A DNA stretch of 64,000 bases from an uncultured Candidatus Saccharibacteria bacterium (GCA_964550035.1 CAZJVU010000001.1:83990-147989); one strand, 5' to 3'; positions 27,237-36,040 are shown, counted from the stretch's first letter. Notes: generated by a model not told the origin, from the sequence alone. Numbers and translations are program-made.

Positions 27237-27296
27237 CTCCCGATTACTCTGTTAAAAGTTGTTTTTATCTGGTAGAATAAGTTTCGTATCAAGTAT

Positions 27297-27374
27297 GGCG
27301 GACGTAGCTCAGTTGGTTAGAGCGCTGGATTGTGGCTCCGGAGGCCGTGGGTTCAAGACCCATCGTTCGCCCCA
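27297..27374 (+). tRNA. tRNA-His (anticodon GTG) with encoded G-1 and CCA
   Basis: G-1 opposite discriminator C, anticodon loop TTGTGGC, T-loop TTCAAGA. Confidence 0.88.
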
Positions 27375-27414
27375 TGATTAAAGCCCCACCTCGTGTGGGG
27401 CTTTAATCATGGGG
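27370..27414 (+). terminator. 19-bp hairpin overlapping the tRNA-His 3' end
   Basis: CCCCATGATTAAAGCCCCA / TGGGGCTTTAATCATGGGG. Confidence 0.6.
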
Positions 27415-27470
27415 CTGGCGGCGCTCGCGCCGAGCGAGAGGGAGAGTGTCAAGACCGTCGTTTTCTATGA

Positions 27471-28079
27471 TTACTGATGAAAGTATTCCGGATGCTGATC
27501 TATCAGTTCCCTAATCTCATCATAATATTCTCCTACCGCCCAGTGGGCGTGCGCTTTCTTGCGGTGCGGCTCCAGAACTTTGTTGTAAGCTTCCAACGTG
27601 AACTTGCGTTCTCGGAAAAGCTGCGCGTGGTCGAGGTAGTCGAAGTAGACTGGCAGGTATTTGTCGAGCGCGTAGACGAACTTTGCCTCTTCTGACTCCC
27701 TTCTTTCGTATTCGTGGATGATATTTACGATCCACGGGAATTGCGCATATTCCGCTTCTATCTTATGGAGTGCTCGCTTCTCGCGCTGTTCTTTTGAGGC
27801 TATCTTCTCTGAGTCTGCAAAGGTGGAGGTATCATCGGCAAATACTTCAACGATGTCATGAGCGATTGCCAGCTGGCATACTTTTCCAACATCCAAGCTC
27901 TTGTCGATCTCGGGCGCCAACGCGCAGGCTAAGAAAGCGAGAGACCATGAATGCTCGGCATCGTTTTCGAACCGTCGTTCATTCGTGGGGACGGGAATGT
28001 CGCGCTTGATGTGATAAAACGGCAACATGAGCGACGTAATGAGGTTCTGCACATCTGCATGATGAGGTTTGTTGGCCAT
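27471..28079 (-). CDS. HD-domain 5'-deoxynucleotidase (YfbR-like)
   Basis: ENDAEHSWSLAFLA and AHDIVEVFADD metal-binding motifs. ATG at 28079 chosen; the upstream extension to 28202 overlaps the MFS gene. Confidence 0.75.
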   Translation of the reverse strand: MANKPHHADVQNLITSLMLPFYHIKRDIPVPTNERRFENDAEHSWSLAFLACALAPEIDKSLDVGKVCQLAIAHDIVEVFADDTSTFADSEKIASKEQREKRALHKIEAEYAQFPWIVNIIHEYERRESEEAKFVYALDKYLPVYFDYLDHAQLFRERKFTLEAYNKVLEPHRKKAHAHWAVGEYYDEIRELIDQHPEYFHQ

Positions 28080-28149
28080 ATTGGTAATTAGTATAAACCT
28101 TTCGGATGACAAAACCCCAGAAGCAGCAAGCTCCTGGGGTCTGTCATCT

Positions 28150-29313
28150 CTAGCGGAAGGCTCCGATCTGGCGCAGTCGCGTAGTGGCCGCGAGGGCAAC
28201 AACGCTACAAATGACGCCGGTCAGAATCATGCCAGTGGCGAGGTTCGTCTTGTCGACGGCCACGCCGACCAGCGGTCCGGCTACCATGTAACCCATGCGT
28301 TGGACGAGGTTGGCGACGCTATTCAGCGTGGCACGGTGATCTTCCTCGATGTGCGCGTTCAGACGGTGTGTGAGCGGTGAATTGCCCAGCGCCTGGACAA
28401 CATCGTGGCCCAGGACGACCCACACCAACCAGAGTTGGCCAGTGGCCATCGCCAGGTATACGGCGCCGACGGTGATCGAGTAGATACTCATAGTGCGGCT
28501 GACGTGAGCCTCATGGTGGAATCGATGCGACAGCCAGGCCTTCCACAAACTGCGGACAGCGAGGATGGCACCGAACAGCACCACCGGAATACCCATTTGG
28601 GTGTAGTACAACGCGCTCAGCCAGAAGGCGAGGTACGTCGCGGTACTTAGGGTCGTCTTGAGGATGACCAGCCAGCGGACGTGGGACTTGCGCGCCAATT
28701 CGCGCAGGGCGTGCCAGGTGCTTCGCCGAAGTTTGTCTTGGCCGCCATTACTGCGCGGCGCTTCGACAAGCTTGAAGGCAAAGTATGCACCCAGGCCCGT
28801 CGCAATACCATCCGCGAGCAGTGCAGAGGCAACACCGAAGAAGTGAACCAGCACAACGGCCAGCGGAACTGCAACGGCGGTCGAGGCGAACCCCAGCCCG
28901 TCCATGCGTTGCTGGAGGCGGACGAAGTCTTTCTCTTTGCCATCGGCCTTCAGCGAGTCGATCAGCAGCGCCGTATCGATGCCGCTGATCAGACCGTTTG
29001 CCAATGCGAGAATCAACTCGCAGACCACGAACTGCCAGAATTCGTCACTCAGCCCATAGAGGATCATGCCCAGCGCTGCAATTGGCGCGCTGATCTTGAT
29101 GCTCGCGGCACGGCCCAGCCGGTCGGCCAACATGCCGCTCGGAATCTCCCACAACAGATACGCCGCGCTAAAGATAGACTGCAACAGAAAGATCTGCGTG
29201 GTGTTCAAACCGTGCTCGACAAAGAATGGCGTCAGGTACGCGGCACTGATGCTGAGGGCGCGAAAAGGCGCCAGCCAGAGCAACCAGCGAGCATTTTGAC
29301 TGTAGTGACGCAC
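28150..29313 (-). CDS. MFS transporter
   Basis: Twelve-TM pattern with GMLADRLGR loop motif. GTG start after GAAAGGAA. Confidence 0.8.
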   Translation of the reverse strand: MRHYSQNARWLLWLAPFRALSISAAYLTPFFVEHGLNTTQIFLLQSIFSAAYLLWEIPSGMLADRLGRAASIKISAPIAALGMILYGLSDEFWQFVVCELILALANGLISGIDTALLIDSLKADGKEKDFVRLQQRMDGLGFASTAVAVPLAVVLVHFFGVASALLADGIATGLGAYFAFKLVEAPRSNGGQDKLRRSTWHALRELARKSHVRWLVILKTTLSTATYLAFWLSALYYTQMGIPVVLFGAILAVRSLWKAWLSHRFHHEAHVSRTMSIYSITVGAVYLAMATGQLWLVWVVLGHDVVQALGNSPLTHRLNAHIEEDHRATLNSVANLVQRMGYMVAGPLVGVAVDKTNLATGMILTGVICSVVALAATTRLRQIGAFR

Positions 29314-29415
29314 GTGAATTCCTTTCGTTTGTTAGTTGATAGAGATGACAGGGGTCTTTCTCAGACCCGATCCGCCTCCGAGCCCTGCGGTGTAAAAATA
29401 CTTTTGAAACGATAA

Positions 29416-29437
29416 ACGCCTCCTGACTCGGAGGCGT
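29416..29437 (-). terminator. hairpin downstream of the 37-aa ORF
   Basis: ACGCCTCC/GGAGGCGT stem. Confidence 0.45.
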
Positions 29438-29468
29438 ATCGCGACTGACGAAGATGAAACTATATGTT

Positions 29469-29582
29469 TTACGTGAGTACGATACGCCCTAGGTCCCATG
29501 AAGTGACCATGCCAAAGACAGCAATGCCGCCGGTAAGTGCGGTTGCCATACGTTGGTTATGATTTGGGCGATATCGTTTCAT
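29469..29582 (-). CDS. 37-aa basic/hydrophobic micro-protein (MKRYRPNHNQRMATALTGGIAVFGMVTSWDLGRIVLT)
   Basis: Own TTTACA-N16-TGCTATACT promoter 9 nt upstream of the ATG (includes GGAG), plus a downstream hairpin. One predicted TM helix. Confidence 0.45.
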   Translation of the reverse strand: MKRYRPNHNQRMATALTGGIAVFGMVTSWDLGRIVLT

Positions 29583-29591
29583 ATCTCCGCC

Positions 29592-29619
29592 AGTATAGCA
29601 GAGTTGGAAAGTTTGTAAA
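29592..29619 (-). promoter_or_regulatory. near-consensus promoter for the micro-ORF
   Basis: Minus strand: TTTACA (29619-29614), 16 nt, TGc-TATACT (29597-29592). Confidence 0.55.
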
Positions 29620-29691
29620 TACAGTGTTTTATTTTGTGGTATAGTAATTATATTCGTGGCGTACTTGTTACGAAGTACTGAGGAGGCGGTT

Positions 29692-30084
29692 ATGAGCATG
29701 CAGGAGACCCCTGAGGCTCAACTGGCAGATTTTCGAGGCCCCTTTTACCCCTTGACGATCGAGGAGGTCGCCAAGGCCTACGTGGGATGCGGTAACCTGG
29801 ATGCTTCCAGGGTGGAACTCGCCGCACGTCGTGGCTACGCGTTCCATTCCATCAGGTGGAATGTCATCACCCAAGACGGCTACCAGTGGTACGCAGTAGC
29901 GACATTTGGTCTCGTTGGTGGGAGGGGAGCAATTGCCCTACCGCGGGCGCGAGACCTCAACAGGCGGGACAACGTTCCGCTTGACCGTTCGCCAGCCGTC
30001 TACCTGAAGGGGACGGTTTCTACGCGGGATGCAGCTCGGATCGCGGAACGATTCGCCCGAGCCCTGCGCAGTGTGCAGGGCTGA
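29692..30084 (+). CDS. hypothetical protein, paralogue A (high-GC3 unit 7)
   Basis: GAGGAGG SD. TGGTATAGT extended -10 at 29637-29645. Shares LDRSPAVY, KAY and YP motifs with the next gene. Confidence 0.65.
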   Translation: MSMQETPEAQLADFRGPFYPLTIEEVAKAYVGCGNLDASRVELAARRGYAFHSIRWNVITQDGYQWYAVATFGLVGGRGAIALPRARDLNRRDNVPLDRSPAVYLKGTVSTRDAARIAERFARALRSVQG

Positions 30085-30103
30085 GTCAGAAAGGAACCTG
30101 TTC

Positions 30104-30499
30104 ATGAGCCTGAACCAAGTGGCCGAGGCGAACCTCGATGGTTACGGCCCGCCCATCTACCCGCAGGCTGAGATCTGGAGCCTCACAAAGGCGTACACCT
30201 CACAGGGGCCGGAGGGCTTCATGGCGAGGACGTTGGATGCGGCGGCCAGAGCCTGCCACGGTTTCGACACGGCCAGCCGAGTCATCCGGACATCGGACGA
30301 CTACGTCTGGCGTCGGATCATCGAGTTCAAGTTCCAGGGTAAAGCCCGGGTGGCAGTAGCCTTTCCGGGCGCTCGAAGGAACGACTGCGATGGCTCGCAG
30401 CTCGACCGTTCGCCGGCCGTCTACATCGCGGGCGGCGCAACGGAGACGCTCGCCAAGGCTGTGCTGGTGGCGCTCGCGAGAACTCTGTACCGCCGCTGA
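30104..30499 (+). CDS. hypothetical protein, paralogue B (high-GC3 unit 7)
   Basis: GAAAGGAA SD. Collinear similarity with 29692..30084. Confidence 0.65.
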   Translation: MSLNQVAEANLDGYGPPIYPQAEIWSLTKAYTSQGPEGFMARTLDAAARACHGFDTASRVIRTSDDYVWRRIIEFKFQGKARVAVAFPGARRNDCDGSQLDRSPAVYIAGGATETLAKAVLVALARTLYRR

Positions 30500-30512
30500 C
30501 GCACACACAACT

Positions 30513-30550
30513 GGCCCGGGGCAGAAAGCAAACTGCCCATGCCCCGGGCC
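30513..30550 (+). terminator. GC-rich hairpin
   Basis: GGCCCGGGGCA/TGCCCCGGGCC 11-bp stem. No U-tract. Confidence 0.6.
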
Positions 30551-30572
30551 GGTGCAACACCTATGAAATTAT

Positions 30573-31508
30573 CTATTTGATTCGGATGACAACCTTGCCG
30601 CGGTGATGACCGACGTGGATGTACTCTAGCGCCTCAGCGGCGTTCTCCAGCGGGAACGTTTTGTCGATAGTCACAGGCAGCGCGTCGCTATCGACGAGCT
30701 CTGCAATGCGAGAAAGGCGCTCAGTCGTGACTATGGTGAACTGATTCGTTGCCGTGACGTTGTGCTCAGCTTCGAGCTGCTTGTCGGGTTGCTCTACCAT
30801 CGAGACGATCTGGCCGCCGGATTTCAGCGCGGCAAACGAGCGCCTGTATGTTTCACCGCCAACCGTGTCGAAGACTGCGTCGTAGTCGTGTAGCTTGTCC
30901 TCAAACTTTTCGGCAGTGTAGTCGATGACTTCGTCCGCGCCGAGCTGCCGAACGTAGTCGAGGTCTTCTGGCGATGCGGTCGTCGCTACGTATGCGCCTA
31001 GATGCTTGGCCAGCGGAATCGCAAAGCTCCCGATGCCGCCAGCACCACCGTGGATAAGGATTTTCTGCCCCGCGCTCAAGTGGAGCGTGTCGACGAGTGC
31101 TTGGTATGCGCTCACAGCTGTCAGCGGAATCGCCGCGGCCGTGATGAAGTCGACGCTGGCTGGTTTGCTCGCCAGAGATTCTGCTTTGACAGGAGTAAAC
31201 TCCGCGAACGACCCGTGGCCGCTCAGCGGGCTTGTCTGGCCATACACTTCCTGGCCAACTTCAAAGCCATTGACGCCGTCACCTATCTCGACGATCGTTC
31301 CCGCAAAATCCCCACCCAATGTGGCAGGGAAGGTGAGCTGCGCGATTTGTTGGGTTTGTCCGGCGCGAACCTTGTAGTCAAACGGATTGACGCTGGCAGC
31401 GTGCACTTCCACGAGCACTTGGCCCGCGCCGGCGGTCGGCTTGTCTGCATCCGTGGTGAATTGTAGGACGTCTGCATCGCCATATTCGTTGATTTGAGCT
31501 GCTCGCAT
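30573..31508 (-). CDS. NADPH:quinone oxidoreductase / zinc-type MDR family oxidoreductase
   Basis: VLVEVHAASVNPFDYKVR and HGGAGGIGSFAIPLAK Rossmann motif. ATG at 31508 follows GGAGGTT. Confidence 0.85.
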   Translation of the reverse strand: MRAAQINEYGDADVLQFTTDADKPTAGAGQVLVEVHAASVNPFDYKVRAGQTQQIAQLTFPATLGGDFAGTIVEIGDGVNGFEVGQEVYGQTSPLSGHGSFAEFTPVKAESLASKPASVDFITAAAIPLTAVSAYQALVDTLHLSAGQKILIHGGAGGIGSFAIPLAKHLGAYVATTASPEDLDYVRQLGADEVIDYTAEKFEDKLHDYDAVFDTVGGETYRRSFAALKSGGQIVSMVEQPDKQLEAEHNVTATNQFTIVTTERLSRIAELVDSDALPVTIDKTFPLENAAEALEYIHVGHHRGKVVIRIK

Positions 31509-31595
31509 AGAATAACCTCCACAAATACTATTATTTTTATAGTAGCATGCTCGAAGGTGCGGGCAAAAAGCTAACGCTAATGCTATACTTTGGTC

Positions 31596-32255
31596 ATGGC
31601 ACGGTATCACTATCGCGAGGGTGTGACTCTTGATAAGAAAAAGAGTCGTTGGTTTCTCTATCTTATTGGTGCGATTATCTTTGCTGCCGCTGCGTATGTA
31701 GCTGCCGTGTACTTGGCGCCGCAACTCGTCACAGTACCCTTTACAAGCCTGACCGCGGATGCTACGGACAACAAGATTCAGAGCTCAAAGGCTGGGCAGT
31801 TTGGTGATCATCTCTTCATCCCGCAAATAAACGTCGATGTGGCCATCAACGTTGGCGGCGATAAATCACAGCTCGAAGCTGGTGTGTGGCAACGCAATAC
31901 TGATCTTGGTAACCCTGATAAGGGCGGCAACTTTGTGCTCAGTGGATACAAATTTACCTGGGACACACTGCCGCAATGGGCGCGTGCAAAATCGCCGTTC
32001 TTTAACCTCGGCAAGCTGAAGACTGGTGATGACTTGACGCTCGACTACAAGGGGAAGCGTTATGTCTATAAGGTAGATCGCACGGCCAGTGTCGCATCGG
32101 GCGATACAAGCGTCGAGCAGAAGAGTGACGGCTACCGTCTGACGCTCTATGCAGCCGATGCGACCGGAACGGCGTTGGCCGGGCCGGCTATTGGCGCGCA
32201 TCGCATCAGCCCAGCGCTTGATCAACAGGCGAACGCGAGCTTTGGCGAACAGTAG
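31596..32255 (+). CDS. sortase-fold protein lacking catalytic His and Cys (pseudo-sortase)
   Basis: N-terminal TM and sortase-like LFIPQINVDV..GNFVLSGY..GDDL..YKV..RLTLYAAD. Tyr replaces the GH histidine and the TLxTC cysteine is absent. ATG lies 6 nt after TGCTATACT. Confidence 0.6.
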   Translation: MARYHYREGVTLDKKKSRWFLYLIGAIIFAAAAYVAAVYLAPQLVTVPFTSLTADATDNKIQSSKAGQFGDHLFIPQINVDVAINVGGDKSQLEAGVWQRNTDLGNPDKGGNFVLSGYKFTWDTLPQWARAKSPFFNLGKLKTGDDLTLDYKGKRYVYKVDRTASVASGDTSVEQKSDGYRLTLYAADATGTALAGPAIGAHRISPALDQQANASFGEQ

Positions 32256-34220
32256 TTAGAGCTGTGGCGTGATCTCGTTTAATGCCTGCGAAACAGTCAG
32301 AACAGGAATCCCTGTTGCTTTGATAGCGCCCAACTGCGCATCGAGATTGGCGGCGGTAATAGACCACGCAGCGCTGTCAGCGATGACAGGGTCGCCGACA
32401 CCGTGATAGACGAGCACGAGCCAGGTGTGCTGAGCTTGGGCTTGATTGACCCACGCGGCAACCTCTTCGGTTGTGGTTGTGGCCAGAATGTTTTGCACCT
32501 TGATGTTATAGATGTCGAAGTTATCTTTGCTGTTGAATCCAACGTCGACTGAGCGGTGTGATCGGTAGTACTGCTTGATCGCGGCGATCGATTCGGCGTT
32601 GTATTCGCCGTGTGGCGTTGCAAAGTCGGTTGGCTTCTGGCCAGTGATCGTCGTGAGGTCGCTCTGCGACTGCGACAGTTCCTGCTGGAGCTGTGTGGCA
32701 GTGAGAGTGATGAGCGAGCTGTGCGTCACGGTGTGCGAGCCAATCTCGTGGCCAGTGTCGGCGAAGGCTTTCATCATTGCAGGTGTCATGTAGTTAGGGT
32801 CGGTTGTGTAGCCGCTCAGCATGTACTGGGTCGAGAGGAAGTTGTACTTCTGGAGGAGTGGCAAGCCGTTGAGGTATACCGAGCGAAGCGAATCGTCGAA
32901 TGTCAGGCTGACCATGCCTCGGGTGAAGCCAATTGGTTCGTATTTGACCAGCTTGTAATCATCCGTGTTGAGGTAGCCCACGCCGGCCATGCTGTGATAT
33001 ACCATGATCGAAGCCGCGCCAGCTGGTACGGTAAACTGCTGGTCGAAGTGGTTCCAGCCTGTGCTGTGCCATGCAGTCCCGATGTTCAGCCACTGCTGAC
33101 TGCCGTCCTTCATGGTTACTTCGGCGTAAATGTACGTGTCGACGTTTGACTGGTAGTAATCAGAGAATTCGTAAAGCGCGCCACCGGTGACAGGCTGCGT
33201 CGGATATGACCAGTAGGCGTCGCCGTTCGTGTAGGCGCTCATAGTGATGTTAAGGCTGCGACTGCCGCTATGGCCGCTGTTTTGGTAGGCAAAAGTGGTT
33301 GTATTCGTCTTGGATTTGTTGGTTTGCCAGTTTGCAGGCAGACTGCCGGATGCGGTCTCGACCGATGGATTAGGCACAAGGTTCGATCCTGTCGGCTGCG
33401 CGTTATTAGCGACCGTTACGATAACTGCACTCGAAGTGGTTGTCTTGCCTGACGTATTGCGAGCAACGGCCGTGAGCGTGTGCTGACCGTCGGCGACGAC
33501 TTTGGTGTTCCATTGTGTCTGGTACGGGGCGGCCGTTACTTCTGCGCCAAGGTTCGCGCCATCAAGCTTGAACTGGACGCCGGCCATGCCGATCGTGTCG
33601 CTGGCGTTAGCTGCTACGGTGACGGTTTGGCTGATGGTTGAGCCATTCGACGGGCTCGTGATGCTGACCGTAGGAGCAGCTGGCGCTGTGGTGGCAAGGC
33701 TGAAGTTGTCTGTCTGAAGGTTGCCGGTGCCGCTCAGGATGTGCATAACGGTCATAGTAACAGCATTGCTTGGTGTTTTGACGCTGGCGGTGAGCTTTTT
33801 CCAGCTGGTGCTTTTATTGGCGCCACCGAGCCATTGGAAGGAGTCGTTGCCCTGTGCATCGGTGAAGCGAGCCAGGAGATCGGTCCAGGTCGAAGACTTG
33901 TAGTAGTCGCTATACGTATATGTGGTGTCAGGAGTGACGGTGACGGGTGCAAAGATCCATTTTGCATCACCACTGCTATGAGTTGTCATAGAGACGTACA
34001 GACTGTGGCTGCCATTTTGGCCGTTGTTTTTATATGCAAAGGTCGCGTTATTGGTACCCCATTTATCGGTAGACCAGCCCGTTGGTTGGCCGCTGGCGCT
34101 TTGTTCGACTGATGGGTTGCTAATAAGATTAGGCGAGGCGGCAAGGGCTCCCTGGAACGGGGTCAGAGTCAGCCAGCTGAGGAGTATGCCAAGGGCAATA
34201 CGTGGCGCAAGTTTTTTCAT
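32256..34220 (-). CDS. secreted polysaccharide deacetylase (NodB domain) with two CBM-like modules and an Ig-like domain
   Basis: Signal peptide. VSLTFDDSLRS and GHEIGSHTVTH NodB motifs. Duplicated N-terminal NPSVE..W modules. Confidence 0.85.
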   Translation of the reverse strand: MKKLAPRIALGILLSWLTLTPFQGALAASPNLISNPSVEQSASGQPTGWSTDKWGTNNATFAYKNNGQNGSHSLYVSMTTHSSGDAKWIFAPVTVTPDTTYTYSDYYKSSTWTDLLARFTDAQGNDSFQWLGGANKSTSWKKLTASVKTPSNAVTMTVMHILSGTGNLQTDNFSLATTAPAAPTVSITSPSNGSTISQTVTVAANASDTIGMAGVQFKLDGANLGAEVTAAPYQTQWNTKVVADGQHTLTAVARNTSGKTTTSSAVIVTVANNAQPTGSNLVPNPSVETASGSLPANWQTNKSKTNTTTFAYQNSGHSGSRSLNITMSAYTNGDAYWSYPTQPVTGGALYEFSDYYQSNVDTYIYAEVTMKDGSQQWLNIGTAWHSTGWNHFDQQFTVPAGAASIMVYHSMAGVGYLNTDDYKLVKYEPIGFTRGMVSLTFDDSLRSVYLNGLPLLQKYNFLSTQYMLSGYTTDPNYMTPAMMKAFADTGHEIGSHTVTHSSLITLTATQLQQELSQSQSDLTTITGQKPTDFATPHGEYNAESIAAIKQYYRSHRSVDVGFNSKDNFDIYNIKVQNILATTTTEEVAAWVNQAQAQHTWLVLVYHGVGDPVIADSAAWSITAANLDAQLGAIKATGIPVLTVSQALNEITPQL

Positions 34221-34330
34221 GATCTCGAATACCTTTCACGTAATTAGAGAATGAGACTTTAAGTTAATGATACAACTTATAAAACAGATGTCAATACCTA
34301 TTATCACTAGTGCTTAGCCTGACATTAGTA

Positions 34331-34359
34331 TTTACAAATCAGGTAAATAGGTATATAGT
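34331..34359 (+). promoter_or_regulatory. near-consensus promoter of the mini LPNTAG gene
   Basis: TTTACA, 17 nt, TATAGT. AAGGAG SD at 34380-34385. Confidence 0.55.
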
Positions 34360-34393
34360 CACGTTCCGACGGATAATGTAAGGAGTAAAGTAC

Positions 34394-34579
34394 ATGTCTG
34401 GTAACGATATTGGTAAAGGTGCGGGTCCTGTTGCTCCAATTGCAGCAGGCGTCGCAGTCCTCCCAAACACCGCCGGCAATCCACTACTGATGGTCTTTAG
34501 CATCGTAGCAATTGTCGCAGGCGTCGTCGCATTGAGCAGCTTCATCGCTTCTCGTCTCGTGCTTCGCGCAACCCGCTAA
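34394..34579 (+). CDS. 61-aa protein consisting essentially of an LPNTAG sortase sorting signal (motif + TM + basic tail)
   Basis: ..AAGVAVLPNTAGNPLLMVFSIVAIVAGVVALSSFIASRLVLRATR. Strong promoter, SD and terminator. Confidence 0.65.
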   Translation: MSGNDIGKGAGPVAPIAAGVAVLPNTAGNPLLMVFSIVAIVAGVVALSSFIASRLVLRATR

Positions 34580-34605
34580 TTTTTATTAACGGTTGTCTCA
34601 AATAA

Positions 34606-34655
34606 AAATACAAATAACCGCTTCGAGGGTACCCTTCGGGCGGTTATTTGTATTT
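34606..34655 (+). terminator. long AT-rich hairpin terminator
   Basis: AAATACAAATAACCGC / GCGGTTATTTGTATTT with T-rich tail. Confidence 0.75.
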
Positions 34656-34669
34656 GAGGCTTAGTCATT

Positions 34670-35944
34670 ATGAATATCATACTCTATATCATTATTGTTC
34701 TCGGGATTCTCAACCTTATTCGGCTGACGACTTTTATGGTCAGCGCCGATCTGTACGAAATGCGCCGCAAGCGCCAGCAAGCCCTGGCCGCAAAGACGCC
34801 GCAGGAATCGTACACGCCGTTTGTATCTATCGTCATTCCGGCATATAACGAAGAACTTTGTATTATCCGTACGCTCGAGTCGGTGTTGGCGAACGACTAT
34901 GTGTACAAGCAAATTATCATCGTCGACGATGGCTCGAAGGATAAGACCTATAACCGGGTTCGTTACTACCTCCGTAAGCACAATATCGGTATCGTCAAAC
35001 TCGTCCACCAAGCCAATAAAGGCAAGGCCGCTGCCATCAACAACGGCATAAAGAAGCACGCGCTCGGTAGCCTCGTAATGGTACTCGACGCCGACTCGCT
35101 GTTGCACCGACAGGCTATCAGTAAGATGGTCGAGTACTTTCGTGACCCAACCGTTACGGCGGCAGCGACAAACGTCAAGGTTATCTCTGGTCGCAGTGTT
35201 CTGAACGCAGCACAGCGGCTCGAGTATGTTGTTTCGCACCGTATGAAGCGTGCGCTGACGGCACTGAACATGGAGTACATTGTGGGCGGCGTCGGCTCAA
35301 CCTTTCGCAAAGATATCATCGAAAAGTGTGAGTACTACGACACTGACACCATGACCGAAGACATCGACTTCACCATGAAGATCATTGCTCGCCAGGGCAA
35401 TCGCAACAGTAAAGTTGTGTTCGCCGCTGACGTGCTGGCGTACACCGAGGGCGTGACACGCTTCAAGAGTCTTATCCGTCAGCGTTTCCGCTGGAAGTAC
35501 GGGCGTATGCAGACATTCGTCAAGAACCGCTCGGTGTTCTTCAGCCGCGACGCAAAGCATACCAAGCAGCTCAGCTGGTTGTACCTGCCGTTCGTTGTCT
35601 TCAGCGAGCTAGAGCTCCTGTTGGAGCCGGTGCTCACGGGGTTCGTGCTCTATAACTCGTTCCTGTACGGTGGCATGGGCGGTTTCCTGAGTGCCTATAT
35701 ATTTGTGGTTATCTTTAGCACGATCAACATTTTGAGCGAGACGACCGAGTCGGGCCGCGGTAAGCTGTCGCTGATGCTCCTTACGCCGTTTGCGTATGGG
35801 CTGCTGCTGATTATGTCATTCGTTGACTTCATGGCGCTCATCAAGTCGCTGGTCCGCTTGCCAAAGCTCTTTGGTGGTCAGGTGAGCGTCGGCCACTGGG
35901 AGCATGTGGAGCGGACCGGTGGCGCCGTGAAGGTTGCGGCTTAG
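34670..35944 (+). CDS. processive family-2 glycosyltransferase (PgaC/IcaA/NodC-like synthase)
   Basis: VSIVIPAYNEE, IIIVDDGSKD, VLDADS and QRFRWKYG (QxxRW). TM helices at both ends. Confidence 0.85.
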   Translation: MNIILYIIIVLGILNLIRLTTFMVSADLYEMRRKRQQALAAKTPQESYTPFVSIVIPAYNEELCIIRTLESVLANDYVYKQIIIVDDGSKDKTYNRVRYYLRKHNIGIVKLVHQANKGKAAAINNGIKKHALGSLVMVLDADSLLHRQAISKMVEYFRDPTVTAAATNVKVISGRSVLNAAQRLEYVVSHRMKRALTALNMEYIVGGVGSTFRKDIIEKCEYYDTDTMTEDIDFTMKIIARQGNRNSKVVFAADVLAYTEGVTRFKSLIRQRFRWKYGRMQTFVKNRSVFFSRDAKHTKQLSWLYLPFVVFSELELLLEPVLTGFVLYNSFLYGGMGGFLSAYIFVVIFSTINILSETTESGRGKLSLMLLTPFAYGLLLIMSFVDFMALIKSLVRLPKLFGGQVSVGHWEHVERTGGAVKVAA

Positions 35945-35965
35945 CGGCCGGATATCGTAGGGATG

Positions 35966-35995
35966 AAACACCACCAGAGAGTGGTGTTTTGTTTT
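35966..35995 (+). terminator. intrinsic terminator
   Basis: AAACACCAC/GTGGTGTTT stem followed by a T-run. Confidence 0.7.
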
Positions 35996-36040
35996 AGGCA
36001 GATATTATTCTATAATATGTTTAAGACTATCTGAAGGGAA

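Noticed and set aside
28681-29415. 244-aa plus-strand ORF antisense to the MFS transporter
   Set aside because: Shadow frame. The MFS frame shows 12 TM helices and a loop motif.
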